Source: Octopus vulgaris (taxonomy: Eukaryota). Taken from it: a stretch of DNA of 64,000 nt. Position numbers and translations under genes: made by a program. The stretch covers positions 139,066,001-139,130,000 of the forward strand of contig OX597814.1 of the NCBI GenBank assembly GCA_951406725.2, in the 5' to 3' direction. Shown here piece by piece: positions 27,215-39,754 of this stretch (positions within the stretch are counted from its first letter, which is position 1; each line of letters opens with the position of its first letter). The notes beneath the pieces are model-generated. The model worked only from the letters and a program-made list of their open reading frames with translations, searched no databases and was not told where the DNA came from.

Positions 27215-27620
27215 TCAATCCATCTTCTCTAGTAGGATCGTAGAGGTAGTGTTCTCCTCATCCATAGGGTCCTGTCAGAAGAAACCATCATTGCATTTTC
27301 CGGTTGAATTTTCGAACGTGACCAACTGAGATTACGGATATTATCCTAACCATCTCCCTCTTGGTTCTCTCCTTGGTCTCCTGCCCGTTGGCTTGCCTTG
27401 AGGAAGCTGTCCTGTCATTTTTTCCTGCGACATTCTAATCACATCTCCGTAGTGGCGGAGCTGTGACTTCTCAATGCGGAGAAATTGCGGCTCATCGTGG
27501 AGTGACTCACTGATATTATGCAGCCAGTCGAATATTATTACTCCAAAGATCATTCGATCATACAATCATGCGATCGTACTCTTTCGGATATTATCTAACA
27601 TTCATGACCACAGGTGAGGA
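27215..27620 (-). mobile_element. Decayed RTE-type LINE 3' fragment
   Basis: ORF 27341..27565 has LRIEKSQLRHYGDVIRM..GKPTGRRPR.EPRGRW. Confidence 0.75.
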
Positions 27621-28145
27621 TAGGCACGAAACCCGAATTTAAGATAGTAGCTTTGGCATTTTTTACCAACCTCTTCTCTTCCAAAGAGCTTCAAAATATG
27701 GACTTGTAGCGAAAATAAAAGTGACATATTCAGATCAGTGTGGCCATTCTGTCGAAGAATTTGTGGTGACCGGTATACCGACATCGCATACATAGTATGG
27801 TAGCGGCAACATTTAACGGAACAGAGTTATGTGCGGAGAGCTTAATGAAGTATATTACATCATATATACATATTTCCCACTTCACTACAAGCCGTTGATA
27901 ATTAAGAGGTTTGAACATCATCGTTCAGTAACATCATTATCTCTGATTTATGATGTTATTGTAATTATTTAATTATATGCGTGCAACTAACGTGCAGAAA
28001 CATACACAAAAACACATCCATACGCACACTCACACACATTAATCAATGCACAACCATACGCGTATTTGCGTATATAGAGATGCATATGTTAATAAGCCGT
28101 TATATACTGTCACATACATTACACGCGCACATGCACATACATACA

Positions 28146-28177
<32 letters not shown>

Positions 28178-28178
28178 C

Positions 28179-28228
<50 letters not shown>

Positions 28229-28475
28229 GAACACACATACACACATACATGAATGCATACATACATACATACATACATACATACAAACATACATACATAC
28301 ATACATACATATACAAATACAGACACATACACGCAGAAGGAAGTCAAGAGAGACCATTGAATACATGCATATAAATAGATAAAAGATGAAAGTAGAATTA
28401 ATCATATATATATATATATGTAAAGTTTTGCCTATATATGAGCGAACACGTGTGTGTGTGTGTGTGTGTGTGTAA

Positions 28476-28730
28476 GGGTGCATGGCCCAGTGGGTAGGGT
28501 GTTGCACTTACAATCTAGCGATCATGATTTCGATTCCTAGACTGGGTGGTGCGTTATATTCTTGAGCAAAACCCTTCATCTTATGCTGCTCTGCAATCAC
28601 TTCAACACCTCACGCGTGGCACACAGCGCACCTGTTCTGAGCAACGTAGATTTGATGAAAGTGAGTGAGCTAATGTGTGGCACGAACATTTGATCGATAT
28701 AAACAAATCTTTGGTGCAGATCTTTCGGCA
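28476..28730 (+). mobile_element. SINE family C (tRNA head, CORE-like centre), diverged
   Basis: gggtgcatggcccagtgggtagggtgttg..ttcgattcc..ttcttgagcaaaaccctt; related to 29565-29902. Confidence 0.7.
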
Positions 28731-29099
28731 AAAGCTTCGCAGAGTGCATTGCATAACCAACTGAAGGTGTATTCCTGGAGTTGAAATAGCAGTATCGTCG
28801 GTAACTAGGAAGCACCCGGGTTTAGGCGGTGTTAAACATTACTTCTCAGTATGAATAATACACTGTTTTCATTTTGCTGAAGTGAAGACAGCATGTTCTT
28901 TGTCTATCTCCTTATCTTCTCGGAGATTTTAGGTGTCTTTATGCAGCTGAGGATTGCTCTACATTTAAATTGATGTAATGATTGCATTGTTCAATTAAAT
29001 GGAGTTGCTTGAAACGATCGTACTGCATAACTCTGGATATCTTTGTTGCTTATTTTGATTTAACATTATATCATATATATATGTGTGTATGCGCGCGCG

Positions 29100-29300
29100 T
29101 GTGTGTGTGTGTGTGTCTCACCACCACTTGACAACCAGTGTTTACATCCACGTAACTTACGGCAAAAGTGACTGATAGAATAAGTAGCAAGCTTCAAAAA
29201 ACATGAATACTGGGGTTGATTCATTTGACTAAAAAAATCTTCAAAGCGATGCTCCAGCATGGCCACAGTCAAGTGCTCGAAACAAGTAAAAGATAAACGA
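29100..29300 (+). mobile_element. SINE family D, 3' half
   Basis: cttgacaaccagtgtttaca..taactta..gatagaataagta..gctccagcatggccacagtc..aacaagtaaaag. Confidence 0.8.
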
Positions 29301-29319
29301 TTATATATATATATATATT

Positions 29320-29900
29320 CTTTTATTCTTGTATTCTTTTACTTATTTCAGTCATTTGACTGATGCCATGTTAGAGCACCGTCTTGATGGGGTTTAGTCG
29401 AGCAAATCGACCCCAGGACTTATTTTTAAGTCTAGTACCTATTCTATCAGTCTCTATTGCCGAACCGCCAGGTTACAGGGACGTATACACACCAACACTG
29501 GTTATAATGGGAGGACAAACACATACACAAAAAAGCACATACGTAGATATATATATATATATGAAGGCGCATGGCTCAGTGGTTAGAGCGTCGAGCTTAC
29601 GATCGTGAGGTTGTGAGCTCGAATCCCGGACCGGGTTGCGTGTTGCGTTCTTGAGCAAGACACTTTATTTCACGTTGCTCCAGTTCACTCAGCTGTAGAA
29701 ATGAGTTGCGACGTTACGGGTGCCAAGTTGTATCGGCCTTTGCCTTTCCTTTGGATAACACTGGTGGCGTGGAGAGGGGAGGCCGGTATGCATGGGCGAC
29801 TGCTGGTCTTCCATAAACCACCTTGCCCAGACTTGTGACTAGGAGGGTAACTTTCTAGGTGCAATCCCATGGTCAGTGTCGTGACCGACGGGGGTCTCCC

Positions 29901-29969
<69 letters not shown>

Positions 29970-30133
29970 GTATATATATATATGACGTATTTCGTTCATT
30001 TTCTGTCTACCAAATCCATTTATAGGGCTTTGTTCAGTCCTGGCTATAGTAGAAGACGCCTAAGGTCCCACGCAATGGGTCTGAACGGGAAATCAAGTGT
30101 TTGGGAAGCAACCTTCTTACCACCCAGCCACGC
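29320..30133 (-). mobile_element. SINE family D split by a family C insertion
   Basis: 3' half at 29320-29560 and 5' half at 29985-30133, separated by SINE C and (TA)n. Confidence 0.75.
29565..29902 (+). mobile_element. SINE family C (tRNA-derived)
   Basis: GGCGCATGGCTCAGTGGTTAGAGCGTC..CTCGAATCCCGG has A and B boxes, followed by ttcttgagcaagacactttatttcacgttgctccagttcactcagctg. Confidence 0.9.
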
Positions 30134-30409
30134 TTATAAATACAATTTTTATCATTTTACTACCAAGTATGACATCACACCTTCCTTCCTTATTCATCTA
30201 TCACCCCTGCCTTTCTCGTTCATAAATAAACACAAGAGTATTATTATAGTAGATTATCTCAGTAACCATGGGAGCTATGAAAAAATATGACATTATCCCT
30301 TCCTTTCTCATTCATAAACACGAGCGCATTATTATAGTAGATTGTCTTGGTAATCATGAGAGCTATGGAAAAATACAAAGCCCAGCATCACCACCGGATC
30401 ATTCTACAC

Positions 30410-30828
30410 GGATCTTTTCGGTTTGAACGGCAGTTTTTTCTAGCGGTGTCATATGAAATTGTCACCCATAATTATGACCCTAGTATCGATCTATTGCATT
30501 TCAATCTGTTTAAGTTTTAGGGTTAGGGTTAGGGGTGGGGGGAGGGTATCTTTTTTCTTCAGAAATATAAATAAACCCAATCTGTTTCCTAAACGAGGGA
30601 CATATTCATACGGCACAGAATGTGTTTTTTACCTCAATAGACGTCACTGATTGGTTGAAATTGCAGAAATTGAAGAAAAAAACAACAAATACCTTACAAA
30701 CTATAGAATTTTCTTAATAAAGCCAAGAGAAAAAGATGTTTTATAAACAGATTCTATCAGTATACGAAGTTTAAAATTTTTAGTTACCTAGAAATTGTTA
30801 AAAACTGCCGTTCAAACCGAAAAGATCC
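30410..30828. mobile_element. MITE with GGATC-starting TIRs and 8-bp TSD
   Basis: TIRs ggatcttttcggtttgaacggcagttttt / aaaaactgccgttcaaaccgaaaagatcc; TSD ttctacac on both sides. Confidence 0.95.
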
Positions 30829-31093
30829 TTCTACACATCTGTGTAATTTTTCACGCAATTCCACCCAGCCGTTTGACAGTAAATCCCAAGACAGAAAGAA
30901 TCACCCATGTCAAATTTATATGTATAGATGTATATATAAACACGCATGTATGTTTGTACAGAAACATTGATGTGTGTATGTATGTGCGTGTGTGCAAAAA
31001 AGAGACAGTGAAAGAAGGGAAATAGAAGTAAATAAAGTGGCTTAACTATATGAAACACTTGATGCAACTTAATAAACACCAGAAAATGTATAC

Positions 31094-31410
31094 ATTTTTC
31101 TAATTAACCTCGCAATTATTTAGACTAGCTTACTCATGAAGAAGCTGTTGATTAATGTTTTATTTTTGACAACAACTGAATTATAATCAAGATACTAATT
31201 AATAATTTATATATTCCTTCGAGTTATCACTCTTAGTTATATAAAGAAATTATTTCTTAATCTTATCATCCATATTAACTGGTAATTATTCTTCATTAGG
31301 ATAAATATAATTAGCCCCCTCACAGAGAAATCCTCAAACACATACACACAACCGCAGTTATCTATACAAAATATAATTCCACTTATAATATTCATAAATT
31401 TGCATTTATG
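31094..31410 (+). repeat. Old dispersed duplicate of an AT-rich block (paralogue at 33941-34265)
   Basis: Colinear shared motifs ttttctaattaacct.gcaatta, taattaataatt.atatatt, aaagaaattatttc.taatctt, gataaata, gaaatcctc. Confidence 0.75.
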
Positions 31411-31529
31411 TATATATGCATGTGTACGTACGTGTTTGTATGTCTATGTGTTCGTGTCTGTGTGCTTGTATGTTGATGTTAACAATCGGAGACAAGTTTT
31501 CAGTGCTATGGTAGAGTATAGCAATGATC

Positions 31530-31740
31530 TCAAATTTTGGCACAAGGCCAGCAATTTTTGAAGAAGGGTTAAGTCGATTACATTAATCCCAATGATCAAC
31601 TGGGACATTTTTTATTGATCCCGAAAGGATGAAAGGCAAAGTCGGCCTTGGAGGAATATGAACTCCGAATGTAAAGACGGACGAAATGCCGCTGAACATT
31701 TTACCCAATGTGCTCACGATTCTGCCAGTTTGCCACCTCA
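31530..31740 (-). mobile_element. SINE family A copy
   Basis: cccgaaaggatgaaaggcaaagtc..gaactc..gattctgccag. Confidence 0.85.
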
Positions 31741-32491
31741 GGAAAGTATAACGATTTGTTAAACGTCCTACTGTAGATAGAGAGAAGTGTATGCTTCCCT
31801 CCAGCTATGTACATCACAATAGAAGCAAGAGAAAGCTATAAATTGGCGAGAAAAAAAGACAAGGAAAAACGTCCCGTAGAGTTCTGGTGGTATGATATGT
31901 TTTTAGCAGATGACCATCCAATAACACATTCCCATTCATCAGCCGCACATTGTTCGACTAATGCACTTGTTCCAGTTCCTTAACGCTAACGTTTTCATGA
32001 ACTTCAGCAGATGAGAAACACTCGAATATTAAAGGAGTAGAAAGAGCTAAGCTGAATAATAGCGAAAATACATAATCACCCACTTGTTGAAAAAGTGTTT
32101 CATGCCATTAAGTTTATGAAAGCGTTTTATTCGAAAGACGGAGAAACTACAAAGATGCATGGAATAAAAACCTTATTCCTTCAACAAAGTTACATCCAGT
32201 TTATCCGTAGATAGAAGTCCCTTCACGAGGCAAAGACATGAATAACTTTTAAACTGATTTTGTCATCATAAAAAAAGTAAAACTTAATAAGCATGCAGTC
32301 ACTCTTCATTTGTTTCTGCAAAGAATACGAATTTAAGTTGCCAAAAACACTGTTTTGATCGTATTCCACCCGATGAAACGCCCACACACGGTTGTTGCTG
32401 AGAAATATTCAACTACATAGTAATTATAAAGAACACTCTTGTATAATGATATTTGAATATAAACTCAGCAAAATGTATGAGTGTGTGTGTG

Positions 32492-32800
32492 TGGAGGAGC
32501 AATGGCCTAGTGGTTAGGGCAGCGGACTCGCGATCGGAGGCTCGCGGTTTCGATTCCCAGACCGGGGGTTGTGTGTGTTTATTGAGCGAAAACACCTAAA
32601 AGATCCACGGGGCTCCGGCAGGGGGTGGTGGCGCCCCCTGTTGTACTCTTTCGCCACAACTTTCTCTCATTCTCTCTTCTTGTTTCTTGAGTAATGCTGC
32701 GATGGACTGGCATCCCGTCCAGCTGGGGGGAACACATACGCCACAGAATACCGGAAAACCGGGCCCATGAGCCTGGCTAGGTTTGAAAAGGGCGACGTTT
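32492..32800 (+). mobile_element. SINE family B copy
   Basis: ggaggagcaatggcctagtggttagggcagcggactcgcg..ggtttcgattcccagaccggg. Confidence 0.9.
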
Positions 32801-32803
32801 ATC

Positions 32804-32842
<39 letters not shown>

Positions 32843-32845
<3 letters not shown>

Positions 32846-33205
32846 GGGACTCCGTCGGTTGCGACGACGAGGGTTCCAGTTGATCCGATCAACGGACCAG
32901 CCTCCTCGTGAAATTAACGCGCAAGTGGCTGAGCACTCCACAGACACGTGTACCCTTAATGTTGTTCTCAGGGAGATTCAGCGTGACACAGAGTGTGACA
33001 AGGCTGGCCCTTTGAAATACGGTGACAACAGAAGCAGGAAGAAAAAGTGAGAGAAAGCTGTGGTGAAAGAGTACAGTAGGATTCACCACGACCCCCTGCC
33101 GGAGCTTCGTGGAGCTTTAGATGTTTTCGTTCAATGAACACTCACAACGCCCGGTCTGGGAATCGAAACAGCAATCCTACAACCACGAGTTCACTGCCCT
33201 AACCG
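32843..33205 (-). mobile_element. SINE family B copy with a different 3' tail
   Basis: 33030-33205 is the reverse complement of the family B head and body; 32843-33030 is unlike the tail of the adjacent copy. Confidence 0.8.
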
Positions 33206-33273
33206 AGATGTAGTGGCCAAAAATGGCACAAGAACTCTTAAATGCACATTACGTGACTTTCACCCGAATTATA

Positions 33274-33322
<49 letters not shown>

Positions 33323-33335
33323 CATACATATAAAA

Positions 33336-33379
<44 letters not shown>

Positions 33380-33390
33380 CAGACAGATAC

Positions 33391-33735
33391 GCAGGTGTAG
33401 GTGTGAAATAAGAAGTATGCTTCTGAGTTCAATCCCACAGTGTGGCACCTTGGGCAAATGTCTTCTACTACTACCTCGGACCGACCAAAACTTTGTGAGT
33501 AGATTTGTCATGTGAAAACAGAAAGAAGCCCGTCATATGTATGTGTGTGTTTGTCCCCAAACCGGTGTTAATGTGTTTACACCCTCATGACTTATCTATT
33601 CGGCAAAAGAAATTGATAGAATAAGTACCAAACTTTAAAAGAATAAGTACCGGGGGCGATTCGTTTGACTAAATCTCTCCGGTGTGGTGCCCTGGCATGG
33701 CCGCAGTCTAATGTCTAAAACAAGTAAAGGATGAA
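33391..33735 (+). mobile_element. SINE family D copy
   Basis: gttcaatcccacagtgtggcaccttgggcaaatgtcttctacta..internal (GT)n..gatagaataagtacc..gcatggccgcagtc. Confidence 0.85.
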
Positions 33736-34343
33736 AATATAGATATAGGTGGGGGGTGCATGCCCATGTGTGTGTATGGGTGGAGGTGTGTGTTTGTGCG
33801 CACGTGTGTATGTATTTACGAATTCATAGATATGAGTATAAAAAGAGATAGAGAGAGAAAAAGACAAAAAATACGGAAGAAAAAGAAAAACAGATAACAG
33901 GCAGTGAAGGTTGTCGAGTTAATGCTAGAAAATAAATAATTTTTTTCTAATTAACCTTGCAATTAGCTATCCTTACTTAGGCATAACAAAATTATTGATT
34001 AGTGTTTCCTTCTTGACAGTTGATCGAATTCTAATCAATATATTAATTAATAATTAATATATTCTTTCAGTTAACACAATTATTCGTCTAAAGAAATTAT
34101 TTCATAATCTTGTCATAGCAATGAATAGGTAATTAATTATCGTTGAGATAAATAGATTGACCCACACACATTGAAATCCTCGAGCATGTACACACGATTG
34201 CAAATATCTACGCTTGAATATATACAGACTAATTACTATCGCTACTTATTCCTGAACTTGTAATTGTATGTATATAAATATAGGAAGAGATACAGACAGA
34301 CACACAAGTGATCTCTCCTTCTCTTTCTCTCTTTCCCTCTCGC

Positions 34344-34398
<55 letters not shown>

Positions 34399-34718
34399 AT
34401 GTATATATGTGTGTGTGTGTATGGATAGATATACACTATGTACACATGCACATATACATACACATATTTATGTATGTCTCCATCTATCAATATGTATGTG
34501 TGCGTATATATATAATATACTGTATATATATATTAATAGTTATCGGCAAGCTAACATGGCAGTGCAGAAAAATAGGATGAATGCTGCCGTTGATTAGCTC
34601 CAAGAGGCCATCGCTTCTAGCTAGCTATGTGACACACGAACCTGTGTCCATTATAACCTTCGAACAGGGGAGGTCAGCCGCTTCCCCTTGCTGATATATA
34701 TATATATATATATATATA

Positions 34719-35440
<722 letters not shown>

Positions 35441-35671
35441 GCATACATATATGTACATACATATTTATGTATATAGATTATGCATATATGAAAAAAGACA
35501 AGAAACATAAAGAACGACGTTCTTTATGTTACTTGTCTTGTTTTCTATTTGTTTCTTTCGTTGTCTGTATACCCAACTTTATTTTCGAATTTCATGTTGT
35601 TTACGCTTTCTGACGTCCTGTATATATGCATATCTATACGCATATATATGTATGTATATACATATATATAA

Positions 35672-35729
<58 letters not shown>

Positions 35730-35788
35730 AATTATTATTATTATTAATATTATTATCATTATATCATATTATATATGTATATGTATCT

Positions 35789-35866
<78 letters not shown>

Positions 35867-36137
35867 GGGTGGGGTGCGTGACCATGTTTATGTATGTGTG
35901 TGTTTTTGTGTGCACGTTTGCATGCACATATTCATAGATATGAGAATAAAAAGAGGCAGAGGGAAAGGCAAAAAGTACGAAAGAACATGAACTCTATTCT
36001 TAATAGGTACCTATTAATTTAAAGAAATTTCATTTCCCCAAGTACAGAACCTGTATTTCCTTTGATGTAACCATCCCTTTACGAATTAAACTTATCCTCT
36101 AAGCAACATTTATAGATATGCTGTGATACAATATAAT

Positions 36138-36201
<64 letters not shown>

Positions 36202-36204
<3 letters not shown>

Positions 36205-36990
36205 TTATATATAGAGGGCATTATACATACATGCAGATGGCATATACATACATGCCACACGCTAAGAGGGACAATTAGTCATTTCTACCAAAAATATTAC
36301 TAATTTTTGGTAGAAATGACTAATTGTCCCTCTTAGCGTGTGGCATGTATGTATAATGCCATCTGGCATGTATGTATAATGCCCTCTATATATAAATTAA
36401 TATGTTCAATAAGAAATAATTATTTTCGAAATTTTTTCTCTTATGAGGTTTTCACGCTATCTACCTGACAATTTCTTGTTAAGTTTTCCTTATTAAGTAG
36501 TTGTCCTTAATTGCTAAATTTTTATTCCGAAAAAACTTTTCCTTTCCCGAAATGCAATTCGTAAAAGTCTGACATTTACAGGATGTAATATATGTAAACT
36601 CACCCATGTGCTTCGTTGATGTTGATCAGTTAGCTGATCGGCTTAAGCGAGGCAGGGTCGTTTATGTATGATACATCCAGGCCTGTTGATGAATACGTAA
36701 GTATGAAATCACGGTGATACAGGTCTATATTTTTTAGATGTCTTACTTTGAAAAATTGCATTCGGTGGGATTAGTAATATTTTTGGTAGAAATGACTAAT
36801 TGTCCCTCTTAGCGTGTGGCATGTATGTATAATGCCATCTGGGATGTATGTATAATGCCCTCTATATATAAATTAATATGTTCAATAAGAAATAATTATT
36901 TTCGAAATTTTTTCTCTTATGAGGTTTTCACGCTATCTACCTGACAATTTCTTGTTAAGTTTTCTTTATTAAGTAGTTGTCCTTAATTGC

Positions 36991-36992
<2 letters not shown>
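36202..36992 (+). mobile_element. Non-coding hammerhead-bearing element: inverted partial copy plus about 1.45 tandem units of 476 nt
   Basis: Direct repeats 36303-36516 and 36779-36992 (two substitutions seen); 36202-36303 is the reverse complement of about 36771-36874; flanked by (TA)n on both sides. Confidence 0.85.
36680..36725 (+). ncRNA. Type-I hammerhead ribozyme motif (C3U variant)
   Basis: GGCCUG UUGAUGA AUAC-GUAA-GUAU GAAA UCAC-G-GUGA UA CAGGUC; all three stems pair; predicted cleavage after 36719. Confidence 0.75.
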
Positions 36993-37031
<39 letters not shown>

Positions 37032-37109
37032 TGTGATACAAATAAAATGAACCAAGCATCTTTTCCATTTTCTTTCATTGAATTTTTAATATATATATAT
37101 ACATATATA

Positions 37110-37401
<292 letters not shown>

Positions 37402-38009
37402 CGTCTGATGAAAGATAAAATGTAAAAGATAAAGATACCTATGTGGTGGATCTGCAAAATGGTAAATGTCATTGGTTTGGTGTAACCTTTAAATCAAATG
37501 GAAAATTGATACAAATGGAACATATAGACAAAGAAGGCCTGTAAGTAACTCCATAATGTGGGTTTAAATTAAGTTTAAAATAACATTGTGATTGAAAGAC
37601 TTCTATTGGTATTCTGAGAGGAATGTGTTGTTACAAAAAATGTAGGAAGCCTAATGTGAATAGAACATTATGAGTTGTTAAGTACATTGACAATAAAAAG
37701 TATCTGATAATTTTTTTTAAAGACTATATGGTTATGGTTGAAGCGTTGAGATGAAAAAAATGTGTGAACAAAGAATATCGTTAAATGAAAAAATATAAAA
37801 GTGTTGGTGGGAAAAGTGTAAAATATTTAGTTAGTGTAAGTAAAGATCCTGTGAAAATGATGTAGTAGTTGCGTAACTGTTTCCGATTACGGAGATTAGT
37901 GGGTAAAGTTCTTGCTATCTTCGGGGTAAATTTCTCTTTTTGTCGTATAGATAGGATTTTGAGAACCTGGGATTGTATGAAGAATCTTTTGGGTTTTTTT
38001 TACTTATAT

Positions 38010-38855
38010 ACAGTATACAACTACGAGCTGGAAGTAGTCCGTGAAATTACCTACCTCGGCTCTACCATCAGTGGTAACCTCTTCTTGAACCCTGAGATCA
38101 ACAGGCGAGTTGAACGAGCATCCTCTACCTTTTTTTCAGGCTCTCAAAGAAAATCTGGGAATACGGCAAACTGGCTGTAAATGCTAAGATTGCAGTCTAA
38201 AAGGCGTGCGTCCGCAGCACACTGCTTTGCGCGAAACGAGACATGGAGCTTCTACTCCAGACAGGAACGGTATCTCAACGTCTTCTACCTTCGTAGTCTG
38301 ACACGCATCTTGGATATCAAGTGGGCCGACTGAGTCACCGACACTCAAATCCTCAACCATGCCGAGATACCCTGTGTATTCACCCTGTTCCAGTAGCGCC
38401 GTCTGCGCTGGCTTGGTCATGTATATCGCATGCAAGACGAGATGATCCCAAAAGACTTCCTGTATGGGGAATCGGCCACCGGCAGAAGAGCACGAGGATG
38501 ATATCATCTTCGTTTCAAGGACGTCTACAAGAGAGATACGAAGTCAATAGATTTGGATTCCTGAGATGGGAGGAGATCGCAAATGATTGCCAACACTCGA
38601 GACAAATAAAATACTACGTAAGGAGATGGAACGAAGGAAATAGAAACTGGAACTTGCCATCAAAGAAAAGCACGCTCAAAGAAAGGAAAAGTCAGTAGCG
38701 CCAGAAGAGAGCTTCTTCAAGTGCTGTCGCTGTATGCGAGACTGCCACTCCTGTGTGGGCCTCTGCAGCCATAGCAGACACTGCACCACCACAGATGATT
38801 CAAATTCTCCAGGTGCAGGTCCATGGTCTCTCGAGCTGATGGATGCCTATCTATG
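38010..38855 (+). mobile_element. RTE (BovB-like) LINE 3' fragment
   Basis: LEVVREITYLGSTIS..EINRR; KACVRSTLL..ETW; RRLRWLGHV.RM..IPK.FLYGE; C-terminal FKCCRCMRDCHS.VGL.SH.RHC; frameshifted. Confidence 0.9.
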
Positions 38856-38919
38856 TAATAGACTATTCTTCATGATTAGAATGTCAAGGCTTTCGCTTGG
38901 GCATTGATATCGGTTTTAC

Positions 38920-39125
38920 TTTTTGGCACAATTCAGCGAATTCGAGGGAGGGGGTTAGTTTATTACATCGACCCCAGTGATTAACTGGTACTTATTTTAT
39001 CGACCCCGAAATGATAAAATGTAAAGTCGACTTCGGCGGAATTTGAACTCAAAGTGTAAAAACGAACGAAACGGTGCTAAACATTTTTCCCGGCGTGCTA
39101 ACGATTCTGCCAGCTTCTTCGCCTT
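38920..39125 (-). mobile_element. SINE family A copy
   Basis: ctggtacttattttatcgaccccgaaa..gtcgacttcggcggaatttgaactc..gtgctaacgattctgccagc. Confidence 0.88.
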
Positions 39126-39754
39126 ATAACACTGAAGTCATAAACTAAGCCCGAATAAGAAAATATGAAAACTCATAAATTAAAATGATTAATTCTACTA
39201 CAATTCTGTTTAATATACAAATAAGCATTTTCCCTGCATGCTAACTATTCAGCAAGCTCACCGCCTTATACAAGTGTCATTAAAATAGAAAATGAATATG
39301 AACTATAATGAAGCCGCACATGCAAACATCACAAAAGATAACGCTGGTTGAACTGGTATAAGTAGAGAAGGTGTACAGGATGACTTATGGACATCTGAAA
39401 CAATGGAAGAAGAGAAATAAATGCAAGAATAAATATCAAATTTTATAAGTCTCAATCTAGAAAACTAAGAACCAATTGTCTGGATAATCAGTGTGTAAAA
39501 CAAATTGAAAATTTTTAATCCTGAGAAAAATATGATAAACTATATTAGATCAGAAGTAACAAATTCATGTGTAAACTAAGTGATAATATTAGGAACAAAA
39601 TGGAAATATATTTTTAGAATAATTACATGCTGCTGAAAACATAATGCCTACCATTTTTCAAAACTGATAATGGAAACAAATCTGATTTTTTTTTTAAATA
39701 AAGCAATGAACACTCAGAGAGCTCAAACCTCCGCCAAGGCAACATCAACGTCCT

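Noticed and set aside
30517-30542. Interstitial telomere or fusion site
   Set aside because: Only about three TTAGGG units, and they are internal to a multi-copy MITE.
31800-32330. Possible PIF/Harbinger relic
   Set aside because: Only faint peptide resemblance; no TIRs or TSD found.
34560-34693. GC-richer segment before the CR1/L2 fragment as a possible ribozyme
   Set aside because: No HDV or hammerhead topology could be assembled by eye.
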